Of a stretch of DNA of 64,000 nt, positions 1 through 13,983 are shown piece after piece; position 1 is the first letter of the stretch, and each line of letters opens with the position of its first letter. Both the position numbers and the translations under genes were made by a program. Location: the NCBI RefSeq assembly GCF_006345805.1, contig NC_043006.1, positions 47,430,001 to 47,494,000 on the forward strand. Reading direction: 5' to 3'. The DNA comes from Octopus sinensis. Taxonomy: Eukaryota. The notes beneath the pieces were generated by a model. It did no database searches and was not told where the DNA came from. It was given only the letters and a program-made list of their open reading frames with translations.

Positions 1-679
1 TGAGCCATGATCGGAGCATTGAATGTTTACAATTGCGTGCAAATCATAATATATATTCAAATATTATATAACACCGTGACTCGGCTGCTTCTACGCACTA
101 CAAACCATAGCAGCTGAAGCAGATGCTATATCAAGTTGCACTTAGTTACTTATTAAAAAAATCTATATACAAAGAAATATATATAGTTGTGTGTATGTGT
201 TCGTTTCTGGATGTATATAGATATATGCTTGCATGATTATTGAGTAATACACATATGTACATACATACACATGTATAAAAATGCATGCATATACACACAC
301 AGAAACAAAGAAACATAGAAATATAGTATATATACCACATAGGTATATACGGACGTATGTATGTGTGTTTATGTGTGTGAAGGTCTCTGTGTATGTGATT
401 TTGTATGATAGATTTAACGTGCTGTTATATACTAGATTTCGGTTAAACATAAGTATATACGAGATTATTTATTTCTCATATAAACTTGTATAATCTCATA
501 CTCTAATTTGCAAATATATACGTCTTGCAGAGAGGAATATATAAATACGTTTCTATGATGCTGAAGTGTAAAAATAGATAAAAGTTTTATGACTGGACAC
601 ATACCATATGGATGTATATATAATTGTATATGTGTAAAAGTACTTACGCTTGTAGTTATAATGCATACATGCCAGTATA

Positions 680-718
<39 letters not shown>

Positions 719-739
719 GCACAGATATATTACATAAAT

Positions 740-773
<34 letters not shown>

Positions 774-842
774 GTAGGTCCCGGGTTGATTCGGGGTTAA
801 CCACAGTAAATAAGGTACTCAATACATAGCAGAGTAAAATTA

Positions 843-968
843 ATTTATTATATAGAAGGAGCTTCTACAGGACTAGAACTGTTTCATTCAAGAGAAATCT
901 TCAGGAAGCTTCCTGAAGATTTCTCTTGAATGAAACAGTTCTAGTCCTGTAGAAGCTCCTTCTATATA

Positions 969-974
<6 letters not shown>
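843..974. repeat. Perfect 132-bp loopless palindrome containing hammerhead-like core motifs (probable PLE-derived fold-back)
   Basis: Centre TCAGGAAG|CTTCCTGA at 908/909; the arms pair out to 843/974. The right arm reads CTGAAGA-tttctcttgaat-GAAAC. (TA)n lies directly on the right and about 70 bp to the left. Confidence 0.9.
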
Positions 975-1029
<55 letters not shown>

Positions 1030-2699
1030 CACACACAGACGCATATATATATGGGAAACATATATATATAAATGCATGCAAATGTACATATTTATAGATA
1101 TAGATATTGATTTTAATATAGTAATATACATATTTATATCTATAGGCATATGTAAGAATATGTGTGTGTGTGTGTTTGTGTGTGAACATCATATATGTGT
1201 ATATTTGCATCTCTGTGTGTTTGTCTGTGCGAGTGTGTATATGTACATGCATATGCATGCGTATATATGTATGCCTGTAAGTACATGTATTGAGTACACA
1301 TGTGCTGAAATGTTCAACACGGACGTATCTATGAGTAATGCAAACAGAAAATTATGCGTTAGGTATATTAAGACGCCAAAAACATCTGAAGTGTCGGTAG
1401 GATGAGCAAACACATATTGGAGATATAAATATAGAACAAATCCCAACGTATTTAAATCCAAATAAAATCTAAAAATTGTTTATTCTAGATTTTAATACCA
1501 GGTATTTTGTTTTCTTTACACTAACTCAATTATTTTTGGTTTTTAATTTTAGACACTTTTTAATCGGAGAACTCCAATTTTTGCTTTATTGACTTTATTT
1601 TATATTATTTGTTTTTTCTAGGAAAAAAAATATTTATTGAAACGCATATATTTTCTTGGTATAAATGTGTGTCTTTTTCATTTTCTCAAGTTTAGTTATG
1701 AGCATATGTTCATATTTATTTATTTAATCTCTTCCAATATTCCGAGCAACATTCGTAACGTTTCTCTTCTTATTTTTTTCACGTTTTGTTAAGATTATAG
1801 TTTGCTTTATGCAAGCAAATAATTTGATTAGCTATAATAGTATCAAGAAGACTAACAGAGTATTAGTGAGTTGGAAGTGGGAAACATATGATGGTATTTT
1901 AAAGAATAAAATAGGAAAAAAACATTAATAATGAGGATGATTATATTATTAAGATGACGATTTATCTCACTGGCAAAAGGCCAACTATTTGTTGAGGTAA
2001 AGAAGTAGAAATGAATGGAAATAATATGAGCACAGACACACACAAACACACAAACATACATACAAAAACACACATAGATATATATTATCTTGGAGTGAGT
2101 TGAACGAAAAATTTAAGTTAGGTACATTCGAACTGAGAATCGCAAATACACTATCATCTAAACAATAGTAATTGTTTCCGATGTGGGAACAAAAGCTGGA
2201 ATTTAGGGAAAACTTTTACTTGATTTAATAGTTTCCAATACTTGATTAGTTCTTTGTTTTATTGATCGTAAATGGACGAACGGAAATGTTGATTTGGGCT
2301 GGACTTAAGCCCAGAATCGTTAAGGGTCGTAGCTAAAATCCTCTAGATACTTTTGGCAGCCTATTAAAAGCTCTTATCAACAATGCTTCTAATTCAGGCA
2401 AAACCAATTGTGTATTGTCTTTGAAAGGGTTTTTCGATTCTATCAAACTGGGTTCTTTATTACTATTTTATATTATCGAATCAAGAGTGAAAGACAAAAT
2501 TGTGCCTAGTGTACAGGGTTTTGAATTTTGCTTGGAATGGACTTTGACTTGGATGGCTGAAGGCCGAAATCAATGGAACCACCAGAGCTTAAGGCTTATG
2601 ATAAGAAACGTGCAATTTGGATTGTTGTAGAAATTTTGCCTTTATTATGCAGTTCGAAAGCCCTTCAGCACAAGAGGTGATGGTTATAAATCCAATGGA

Positions 2700-3070
2700 C
2701 TCTAGAGTGAAGAGAGAGTTTAGGTTAGAAAGAGAGATAGAAGGTATGATGATTATATTGGTAAGAGAGGAGGGTTGAATAAATGTAGGGTCGTTGGAGT
2801 GGACAGCGTCTGTGAATACAAAATAATTAAATGAATGGAACTGTTGTGTTGATGTTGGTGTTGGTGGAAGAATGGAAGAGAGAATAATGTCGGTGTATAT
2901 AGGACAGGAACTCTAATACAATCGGTAGATGAAATAGATTACAGCTACGTTGAGACAGGAGAATTTGGTAGATGTAAGGAAGAAGTGAGTGTGGTTGATA
3001 TAAGGTTAAATGCGATTTAGGTAAAGGCTGACAGGCTCGAGACGACAGAAGGGCCGGGGGCAAGATAAGG
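2700..3070 (-). mobile_element. Possible degenerate 3' end of a CR1/L2-type LINE
   Basis: Minus-strand translation PPALLSSRAC...SH...YQ...NLFHLP loosely resembles the CR1/L2 ORF2 C-terminus; heavily decayed. Confidence 0.3.
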
Positions 3071-3307
3071 GCTAGATTATAATGATCGTGACGAAAAAGA
3101 GAATATCACAGCTGTATTAAAATTTCGACTCCCCAGAAGTTAGCATCATGCTATATAATTAAAGACGCTCTCGCAACCTAACACCTAATTTTATATTGTA
3201 AAATAATTACAGTAGCAACATCAATCGGTGAAATAATAATAATAATGATAAGTTCAGTGAAATCACGTTATAAAAATAAGACTACTGAATAATAATAATA
3301 GTAATAA

Positions 3308-5283
3308 AATCCAAACGCAGACACGTTAGCACCGCTTGGATAGATTACAAGAAGGCTTTTGACAGTGTCCCCCATGCATGGATCATCAAGACGCTGGGAA
3401 TTTACAAGGTAGCTCAAACAATTGTGAACTTTTAAAAAGTAATCATGAATTCGTGGAGATTTACCCTCTTCGTAAACCAAACTGAAGGATACACCACCTC
3501 ATCAGACATCAATATTGCCGGTGGCATCCTTCAAGGTGACTCATTATCACCGTTACCATTCTGCCTCGCTCTGTTCCCATTAACCACACTGAATAATGAC
3601 AAAGAATTAGAAAATCTCCTGAATATTGTCAAAGAATATGCCTCTGATATAAGTATGGAATTCGGACTTGATAAATGTGCAAAGGCTACTTTCAAGGCAG
3701 GTAAGTTCATAAAAGCAGAAAACATACAATTTGATACTTCCACAGCTATTCGAAACCTAAACCAGTCAGAAGTATACAAATATGGTGGGAACCAATGAAA
3801 GTGACGGCATCCAGCACTCTAAAATTAAAGAAATTCCGCAAGGAATGGTACCGAAGGGTAAGAATGGCCCTAAACTCAGAATTAAATGCTGCTAACAGAA
3901 TTAATGCGATCAATTCATTGGTCATACCAGTAACCACATATAGCTTCGGTATCATTAAGAATATGGATGGAAAGATCCGTAAGATCCTTACAAGGTACCG
4001 AATGCACCATCTAAAATCAGATGTACACAGGATTTATCTCCCAAGAAAAATAAGTGGAAGAGGCCTGTTGCAGCTCGAACAATCCTTCAAATCATCAATA
4101 ATAGGCCTTCAAATTTACCTTAATAATCAAGTGATGTGCTCGTACGAAATATACTGAAGCATGAAGATTCCAAGCAAGCTTTAATCATGAACCTTAGTAA
4201 GACATTTTAAAAGTCTTTTGGCCTACAATTTAACAATAAGAATGACTAAAGGCACCCAATTCCTGACAGATTTACCATTGCTTCTCCTAATCTAGAAATT
4301 AGCAATCAGAAAGACCAACGAGTTCCAAATAGTGAAACCTACCACTGATGCAAAGAATATCAAACAAAAAGCAAAAGAGGCTTACATGAATAATATCGAA
4401 GACAACTGGAAGGGCACACTCCTGCCTGGAAAATGCCCTAACCGCCTGTCAAAGCCGGATATTGATCAAAGTCTCATACACCAATGTCTACAAGGGACAG
4501 GTCTGAAAGGGGAAACAAAAGGTGTTGTTGTTGCAGCGCAAGATCAGAGCTTACCAGAAACTACCATGCAAACGTCCTTAAATATGAATCTGACCCCTCG
4601 CGCAGAATTTGAAGAAAATTCACAGAGACAATTTATCATGTTTCTGGTTGCCCAGTCCTCGCTGAGAAGGAGTAATTTATAAGACATGACAGACTAGGGC
4701 AGTACATCCACTGGAATGCTTGTAAATACAACAACATTATGATAAATAGTACAGGCACCATCCAGAGAGTGTAGTAAATGGCGAAGGCGTAACCATACTT
4801 TCGAACTTCCCAATACAAAAAGACAGAAAAATTGACTGCAATCGACCAGACATTCTGATCAAGGACTACAACAGAGAAACTTGTCTGTTAATAGATGTCT
4901 GTCTCACAAGATCAAAATGTCTCAAGAAAGGAATCTGAAAAGTTTTCTCACTATAAATATCTGCAAGTTGAAATCTCAAAAATGTGGAAGCTTACTACTA
5001 CGATAATACCAGTAGTAATTGGTGCATTGGGATGGTAAAGAAGGCAGCTGAGAAGTATATTAAGCAACTCCCTGGTAACTCCAATCTCCGTGAACTACAA
5101 AAGATGACCTTGATTGGTACAGCCCATATACTACGGAAAGCACTCTCCATCTAAAATGGAATAAACGTGGTGATAATTTTAGCATGCATAGCAAAAAAAA
5201 CCCATGCCCTTGCTAATCTTGTCTTCCGGAGGATGCCCTCTACCAAGGCAGCTGAAATAATATTATAAGGTAAAGAAACCATA
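3308..5283 (+). mobile_element. Degenerate 5'-truncated RLE-type non-LTR retrotransposon (R4/Dong-like), RT plus endonuclease pseudogene
   Basis: Motifs AWIDYKKAFDSVPHAWI, GILQGDSLSPLPFCLAL, FGLDKCAK, SGRGL, AAQDQSL, RHD, RPDI, IPVVIGALG and ILRKALSI*. Has frameshifts, stops and a deletion of the YxDD region. Ends in an (AAT)n array. Confidence 0.9.
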
Positions 5284-5355
<72 letters not shown>

Positions 5356-5394
5356 TAATAATAATAATAATAATAATAATATAATAATAATAAT

Positions 5395-5437
<43 letters not shown>

Positions 5438-5481
5438 CAACAACAACAACAACAATAATAATAATAATAATAATAATAATG

Positions 5482-5512
<31 letters not shown>

Positions 5513-5523
5513 TAATAATAATG

Positions 5524-5563
<40 letters not shown>

Positions 5564-5636
5564 TAATAATAATGATAATAATAATAATAATATAATAATA
5601 ATAATAATAATAATAATTATAATAATAATAATAATA

Positions 5637-5669
<33 letters not shown>

Positions 5670-5677
5670 TGATAATA
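5281..5677. repeat. (AAT)n/(AAC)n microsatellite array between the two LINE copies
   Basis: Directly visible trinucleotide repeats. Confidence 0.95.
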
Positions 5678-5685
5678 AAAGCAGA

Positions 5686-6532
5686 GGGCTAAAAGCAGAG
5701 AGCGAAGGTTTCATCCTGGCTGCTCAAGATCAAAGCCTATTAACCCGGAACTACCAGGCCAATGTGATGAAAAATGGAGCAGACCCAAAATGCCGATTCT
5801 GCAACGACATGATTGAAACAGTGGACCACCTAATCTCTGGATGTAAAGTCTTAGCACCAGTGGAGTATAAATTAAGACATGACAGAGTTGGCCAATATCT
5901 CTACTGGCTAATAAGTCGGCATTACAATATCAAAACTGCCGACAAGTGGTATAATCACCACCCTGAGGCTGTAACTGAAGGAGAAAATGTAACCATTCTG
6001 TGGGACTTTCCAGTACATACAGACCGAACCATCAAGGCCAATAAACCAGATATTGTTGTGAAAGACCAAAACAATAAAGTTTGCTTATTGATCGACATGG
6101 GCATCCCCTGTGATCATAATATTTCAGCGAAAGAGTTTGACAAGCTCAGAAAATATAAAGACCTACTCATTGAAATTGAGAAAATGTGGCATCTCAAGGC
6201 GGTTACAATACCAGTGATCGTAGGAGCACTAGGAATGATCAAGAAGGGAACCGAAAATTATATGAGAATGATCCCTGGCTTACCATCCCTGCAAGAAGTG
6301 CAAAAGATTGTCTTAACTGGTACATCACACGTATTGAGAAGAGCATTGTCGATGTGAGAACTGTTGCTGCTCATGTATTTTAATTTAACTTTAAAAAAAA
6401 AAAGAAAAAAAAATGAACGAACTACTGAGTTTGGTTTAATGGCCTACCAATGTATACTATGAATTTCTTTGCCCTAGGAGTCGGGAAGACACTCGGCAAG
6501 AAATGGAAGCAAATTTGAAAGAAGAAGAAAAA
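5686..6532 (+). mobile_element. Second, better preserved 5'-truncated R4/Dong-like LINE: zinc knuckle, restriction-like endonuclease and 3' UTR
   Basis: Uninterrupted frame 5686-6357: GLKAESEGFILAAQDQSL, CRFCNDMIETVDHLISGC (CCHC), RHD, KPDIVV..IDMGIP (PD..D), KLRKY, VIVGALG. Followed by (AAT)n. Confidence 0.92.
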
Positions 6533-6564
6533 TAATAATAATAATGATAATAATAATAATAATA

Positions 6565-6950
<386 letters not shown>

Positions 6951-8625
6951 GGAAAACAATAAAACTGTGGTATTCTTAAACATTTTGTCCACAATGCAAA
7001 CAAATGATATCCCAGATTACGATCTTGTTGCTTCTGTCCTTGCTTGCTAGCAATCTATGAACACATATAGAAATCCCTGTAAGTAGCGGACTCCCTGATG
7101 TCCTGAGTCTGTTTTAGGTGGTTATGTTTTTTTCTTTACTTAAAATCTTTCATGTTTAAACATATTATACTAAATAAATTTCGTACAAAGGAACAAAAAA
7201 ATATATAAAAAAAGGAAATCATTAACCGGAAGTAAGAAATTGATGTTTAAAATGGTTGAAGCATCATGAAAGGATTAACGTGCTTCTGAACAAAATATTG
7301 TCCTGAGGATGTTACTTAATCGCATTATTAGCTTTGCAAACACAAACACGATATTTTCTAGACTCAATTTTTGCAACATTTTGGTTAAGTTAGTGTCAAT
7401 TTAAAATCCTAGACAAACCGGAGCCAGTTTACTTGGAAAATTTATGTTAAATCAAAAGTAACAAAACAAAACAAAAAAGTTGAAACAAAATTTAAATAAA
7501 TACTACAGAGTCGAAATACTTGCAAATATAGGCAGCTTCTGATACTAGAGCTGAAGGAACACTAACAGCAACCGCATCAACCGCAGCAAAGAAAAATAAC
7601 AGAAATAGAAGAAAAATTATCAACAAGAAATAACTTATCTCAACAAACAGGATTACACAGGCAGAAAAAATACAGCAATAATACGAATAATAACTACGCC
7701 TACATTTTCATAGATAAAATACAACAAAATAGACAAGAAAGACTAACAACAAATATAAAAACAACATATTTATTGCCACCAGGCTTCATTCACACATACA
7801 AAAATCGTGTGAAACGAATACATATTAAAACATATATCATTAGAATAAATTAATTAAATAAAATAAAATTACCAAATAAAAGCATACCGCCCACTCAGAG
7901 GAAATGGGGCTGCAGTACCGCTTTACTTTGCTCAAAATTTGCTCCTTGTAATCGAACTTGCTGTAATGAAAGACAGTAAGCATTTTTATTTCTGACAGGT
8001 TCTATTTTCGTCTCTCTTGTTATCATGCTATCCACATTACCTAATAACAGATTTTTCATCTAGCATACGAGTATATAACAACCCAACAAAAAGTCTTCCA
8101 TCTGGTATATGACTATATAATGACCTTGAAATCGAAGCAGTTTTTGAGCTAAGCAGTTGCTCACAAGTTCTCAACTGTCCCTGAAGGTAAAATCTTCCGA
8201 GGAGAAAAGATATGTTAGTATTTATGAAGAATATATTACGTTCGTCTATCTTCTGCTGCTACTCATTTTTCATTTGTTCCACATCATCGGCAAACTATTG
8301 AGTATCTGCGTGTTATGATCACAACTGGAATCACACTTAATTGCTGTTCCTGGGATTAAGGGCTCTGAAGACATGACTAGTATCTAGTAAGACTGTTGTC
8401 GGTGATGAGAAATACGGGATTGCAGTTCAGTTACTAAGATATGTGAGGAAAGGGACCTGATAGCTTCCATACTTGACCACAATTCAGGAATGTCTAAATT
8501 TTCTGCCACCACAGCGAACGTTTGCGATCATTACCTATGGCGTAATGATGCATCTGCCAATAAGACACCCAGCTTATGGAAAGCGTCACTCACAAAGGAA
8601 ATAAACTACCAGACGCTTCAATCTA

Positions 8626-9178
8626 TTGGGTTGTCCGGTAAGTTGGTGCCGATTTTTAAAGGAAAGAAAAAGGTCAATAAATACTTGCCATTACATTTTT
8701 TATCAACCAAGTATGAACAACTTTGTTGCCCAATGCGTCTCCATCTTCCCTTTAACTTGAAAATACCCTCTTCCTAGAATTGAGGTGGTTTCATGGCAAA
8801 GAATTCATCAAGGTATCTTTTTACGTCATCCAAGAAATTGAAATCTTTACCATTAAGACTATTCTGCATAGACCTGAATAAGTGGAAATCCGAAAGAGCA
8901 GTATCTGGTGAATATGGAGGGTGAGGTTCACATCCCAGCCGAGCTGCAGTAATTTTTTCTGGTTCCCAAATCATCAAGTGCCGAAAATTAACTTTCTTAT
9001 CTTCCATTTTAAAGAGTTATAGAATTAACACTGGTTATAGGAACATAATCCTTCTTCCACAAAAACTGTGCTCTAAATGGAGGTGTAGTCAAATCCTATT
9101 TTATGGACTCAGCCATGTTCTAAAATATGTCGAAAGTTAAGCTACTATAAATCGGCACGAACTTTCCGGACAACGCAA
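8626..9178 (-). mobile_element. Internally deleted mariner element with both TIRs and TA target duplication
   Basis: TA-TTGGGTTGTCCGGTAAGTTGGTGCCGATTT at the left end and AAATCGGCACGAACTTTCCGGACAACGCAA-TA at the right end. ORF 8774-9007 contains PHPPYSPDTALSDFHLFRSMQNSL (mariner YSPD...D motif). Confidence 0.92.
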
Positions 9179-10134
9179 TACTTTGACGAAAATTGAGAGA
9201 TATGGCAATAATATAGAATGTACAGGCATGACCAAGTGTTTTAAGATGTTTGAGTTGAATTAGTAGGTCACGATTTCGCGCACAGATCATAGCAATTTGT
9301 GTTATTGTCTTCTAACTATATCTTCACACAACACACTAATCATGATACTCTACACTATCTCTAACTCATGTTCCGGAAATCTAAATATTTTATTGAAGAC
9401 TAAATATGGTTATTTTATGTTCACACTGGGATGTTCCAGTAATTTATTCGGTACTTCTCAAAACAAAGTTTTCAAGAATATTTGTGAGATCTTAAGATCT
9501 CTAACTTAACGTCTAATTCTATACAATGCCATTGTGTGTCTAGAATAGCCTTCCAGTCACTTGTCCGCATTTAACGTAAGACCCTTTCCATGATCGCTTC
9601 AAGAATTTTTTTTTTTTAATCCATAACTCCGACATTAGTCGGTGCACAGGCAACCATTTAAAGGCACAGGTAAACTGAAAAGGAGCGAGGAAGATTCGTC
9701 CCAGAATTCGCATACTCTAATGTTTACCAACACCTTTTCCGTAAAGGAATTTTTCTCAAGTTTTATTTTTTTGTAGTGCTTGATCGTAAACTGTTATATT
9801 TTCAGACTTCCATTTTGGACCGAGCTCAGCATTTTGTCTCTATACATTATCCTTGGCATCCCAAAACTGATCGTTTCTCAATTTCGTTTTAGACTCTTAC
9901 TGCTTTTCGAGATTTGATCACATTTTCCCTTATGTACAACTTTAATAAGTAATCTGTGCTCTTCTGCAAACAATCCAGTAAGCTGTTTCGTTGAATCTGC
10001 ACATACTCTTCCATCACAATTTAATATTATCCAAATTTCTCTACCAGTGGAACACTGGGTCGATCTAATCGACATTTCCCTTCCCCTAAAATTGCTAGTT
10101 TTATATCAAAATTTGAAATTATTATTTCGAGATT

Positions 10135-10340
10135 ACAGAATCGCTATCCTGTTGCACGAAATACTTAGCGGTAATTCACCCGTCGCTACATTCTGGCTTG
10201 AAATTCTGCCGAAATGAACTTTGTCCTTCAGTCTTTCGGGGTCAAAAAATAAAGTACCAGTAAAACACTGGGCTCGAGGTAGTCGACTATTTTTCTCCCC
10301 ACAAATTCCAGACTTTGCACCTTTTGCAGAAAGGATTGTT
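10135..10340 (+). mobile_element. Diverged copy of SINE family B
   Basis: Similar to the 19046 and 41339 copies (cgaaatacttagcggt...aaattctgccga...ctttcggggtc...gtaccagt). Confidence 0.65.
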
Positions 10341-10484
10341 GTTACTATTATCATTATCGTCATTATTGCTATTGTTGTTGTTGTTGTTGTTACTATAGCT
10401 ATTATCCTCATCATCATCATCGTAATTATCAGCATAACAACAATAAAAAATAAGAACAAAACAAATAACAAGAACAAAACAAAT

Positions 10485-10568
<84 letters not shown>

Positions 10569-10709
10569 TAGTTAATATAGTCCGAAATATACGAACCATT
10601 AGTAGCAGCTGATCACAATTAAAATGACAGCTGTTTTATATTTATTACATACTATAAATCGAAAGTTAACCGACACGATCTCTCTCTCACTCTCTTTCTT
10701 TCTCTATGC

Positions 10710-10741
<32 letters not shown>

Positions 10742-11812
10742 GAGTGTGTGTGTGTGTGCGTGTGTGTTTCCAGTTCCATTTTTCTCTTTGCATCAACAAA
10801 CATTGATAGATAGATAAACAGACACACGTGGAGATAGATATACAGATAGCTATAGCGATATATAGATATCCATGCAGACACAAATACATTCATTCATATT
10901 TCCATATATGAATAAATAAATATATACATGTATACGCATGTCTACGGCTGTGGAAGTATGCGGGAACGCTTGTTTCCATGTGTTTGTAAGAATTAGATTT
11001 TCTATATTGTTATTTCTAATATTGTTCTCTTTATGTCAGAATATTTTCAAATATCTTGCGTAATCATTTGAGAAACTAATAAAGTGCGCATGCGTAAAAG
11101 AGAGAGAGAGGTAGAACCACAGTGAAAGACAGGGAGACGGAGAGACAGGCTGACAGACACAAAGTGAGGGAATAGGGGAGAGTAAAATAAGCTCAGTACA
11201 AACAAGTAAAATACAGATTAGTGCTTAAACTCACACTTCTTTATGCAAGCCTAGTACCTCGGTGTTGGAACTTTGCTATTAGATCAGTGCCTATCAAGCT
11301 GTTATAATGGTAAGTCGTAAGGTAGCTAAACACAGTAAGGCCTCGTACATGTTTACATTGAGCAGCATATATAGATTGCAAGACAAAGAAAAATATGAAA
11401 TGAGAAATATTATCGTGACAGCTGTTTCAAGATGGCCGTAACTGATGAATATATATATTGCATAAATTATGGCTATCATGAAACAACGATTAAGATCAGA
11501 TTTTAAGTAAGTTTTTCTTTATTTTTCAACCATTACATTGAGATTCTTATAATTATATGTCCCAACTGTGCTCATCAAAATCTACCTTTCCATCTTCTTC
11601 TTTCCTCCACTTTGTGTTTCCCTCACTCACCATTCTTCTCACACACTTCTCTCTCTTTCTCTCTCTCTCTCTCTTTATATATATATATATATATATATAT
11701 ACAAGTACATACATATATATATATGTGTGTGTGTGTGTACATATTTATATCTATGTATGCATATATATGTACATATATACATATGTATGTTTATATATAT
11801 ATATAAATATAT

Positions 11813-11870
<58 letters not shown>

Positions 11871-12589
11871 ATGTATATATATAAGTATATATAGAGAGGC
11901 CAGTGCGTTATTTGCTGTTTATTTCATATAAGTTATAAGGTTTCTCGTCTTTGTGATACAAATATTTCTCTGAAATATTTAAATATTTATATATCGAAAT
12001 GATATACAACTAGTTAGACGATAATACCACATGCACAAATGTGTACAAAAACACATTCATTCCCACACACACTCGCTGAAACATATTTAATATAGGTAGA
12101 CCATTTACGTTTCCCCATTTCACATATATTTTACTCTATTTTATGAGTTATATTTCCGGCAATACTTACCTTCTGCCAATAAAGTGCAAACGGATATAAA
12201 TTTGAACAGCTTAGCACTCAATCATAATTAGAAGACGAGAAGATATCAAAAATTGGAAAAATTATATTACATGCTTATACCATTACCGGTTTAGAATACA
12301 TAAAGTTAATCTGATTCTAATCTATATCCTAATCGATAGAATGGAAACATGGGACTACACAGACTTTCTGCTTAAAAATGCTTGATAGATATTTCTATCT
12401 TTTTCAAGGGAAGAAAGAGTCCTTCTTCACAATGAAGTATGTCATTTGAATTTAGATTGTTTCAGGATGACTTTCTATATTATCCTATGATAAGTGTTCC
12501 ATCTTGAAAAGACGGCAAACATGCTCTCTTTATTTCGGTTTTCGTTTCTTCACCTATGGACCAGAAGGCACCGTATCCAAGTGAATCTG

Positions 12590-13915
12590 TGTGTATATAA
12601 TTTTGCACAATGCAACAAAACAACACGAAGCTGTTCCTGCAGGGATAAAGACTTGTGTCCGCTAAATGGAGCCTGTAAGACTGAGGCCGTTATTTATGAA
12701 GCCACCGTAAATTCTACGTACTCTAATAACGCAGATTCAATCAAGAGATATGTGGGTCTCACAGAGGGAAATTTCAAAGTAAGGTTCGACATTCACACCT
12801 TAAGACTCAGACACTGTAAACAAAGGAAAAAGCTAACAATTATCAAGGAGTCAACTACAGAATTTACTGGCAGTTCTTAGCCAAGGGTAACCCTTACACC
12901 AGCGGTAGTGGTATAAGGCTTTCACTTTGGTCTTTGTAATATGTTTTTTGTAATATGAAAAGATGGCTCATCAGAAAAAGTTCCATGGACCCCGCTACAT
13001 GATTAAATGTCAGATCTGAAGTGTTTTGGATCATGTCCACATGTGAAAAAATAACTGTTACGGTTTTGGGCCCACCAAGATCACGGCTACAATCTACATT
13101 TTTTTCTATGTTTCTGCACAAGCTTCCCATAAGTCTTAACCTCTTTTAATTTATTATTTTTTAAATAAATTTTTCGTTTCTTCCTTTTCCCTTTTAACTA
13201 TGTGAATGTCTACGTGTGTGATTATATGTATACGCATGTATATATTTTATATGTATATGTGTTTACATTTGTAGATATATATATATATATATATATATAC
13301 GAATGTAAGACAGTGTCTAGTGCAGAGTGCCATATTCATGAACACATCTACTTCATTTATACGGATATGCATATGTTTGTATATGCGTAGGTGTAGGCGT
13401 GTGATAGGAGGGTGTATATGCGTATATATGTGTATATGCGTGTATGCGGGAGTGTGAATGTATGTCTGTATATATATGCGTATATTTATTTATATAAATG
13501 TCTAAATATATATGTATTATGTTACGTGTATGCATGTAAATACCTATGTGTATATAAGGATGAGGTTGCGTACACATATACATATGTATATACATGTGTG
13601 GTGTGTGTGTGGATATGTGTGTATATATGAGCACGTACATACACATATATGTTTGTGTGTATATGTGATTGTACGTATGCATGTTTGTGCGAGTGTATAC
13701 GTATGTAGAGGTTGTGGACGCAGGAGGTTCATGTCTATGAATTGTGAGAATATTGTTGCGGGTATTTTAATCTCTTTCCTTTTTTTCTTTTTCTATATAT
13801 TAGAGTAACTTCCCTTTTAATCAACGGTTTTTCATAGCGTCTATTACCATAATAACTGACGAGAATGCATCGTAGCTCTTCTATCCCACATACGAAACTC
13901 CGAGTACTATAATTA
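12590..13915 (+). mobile_element. Penelope-like element 3' remnant (Neptune-type GIY-YIG endonuclease, microsatellite-rich 3' region, terminal HHR)
   Basis: CSCRDKDLCPLNGAC (Cys-rich linker), VIY...YVGLTEGNFKVRF..H, and a downstream LNVRSEVF...CPH-like end; HHR motif at 13856. Confidence 0.8.
13852..13910 (+). ncRNA. Degenerate minimal type I hammerhead ribozyme
   Basis: CTGACGA (13856-13862)...GAAA-CTCCGAG-TA; stem I is weak (3 bp plus an A-C mismatch). Confidence 0.55.
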
Positions 13916-13952
13916 CAACTTACTGTTTATTCTAAATTATAACACATATGTG

Positions 13953-13983
<31 letters not shown>

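Noticed and set aside
146-1461. Many short ORFs rich in Y/I/C/V/H/T, here and throughout the window
   Set aside because: Translations of (TA)n, (TG)n and (TAGA)n microsatellites, with no domain or splice support.
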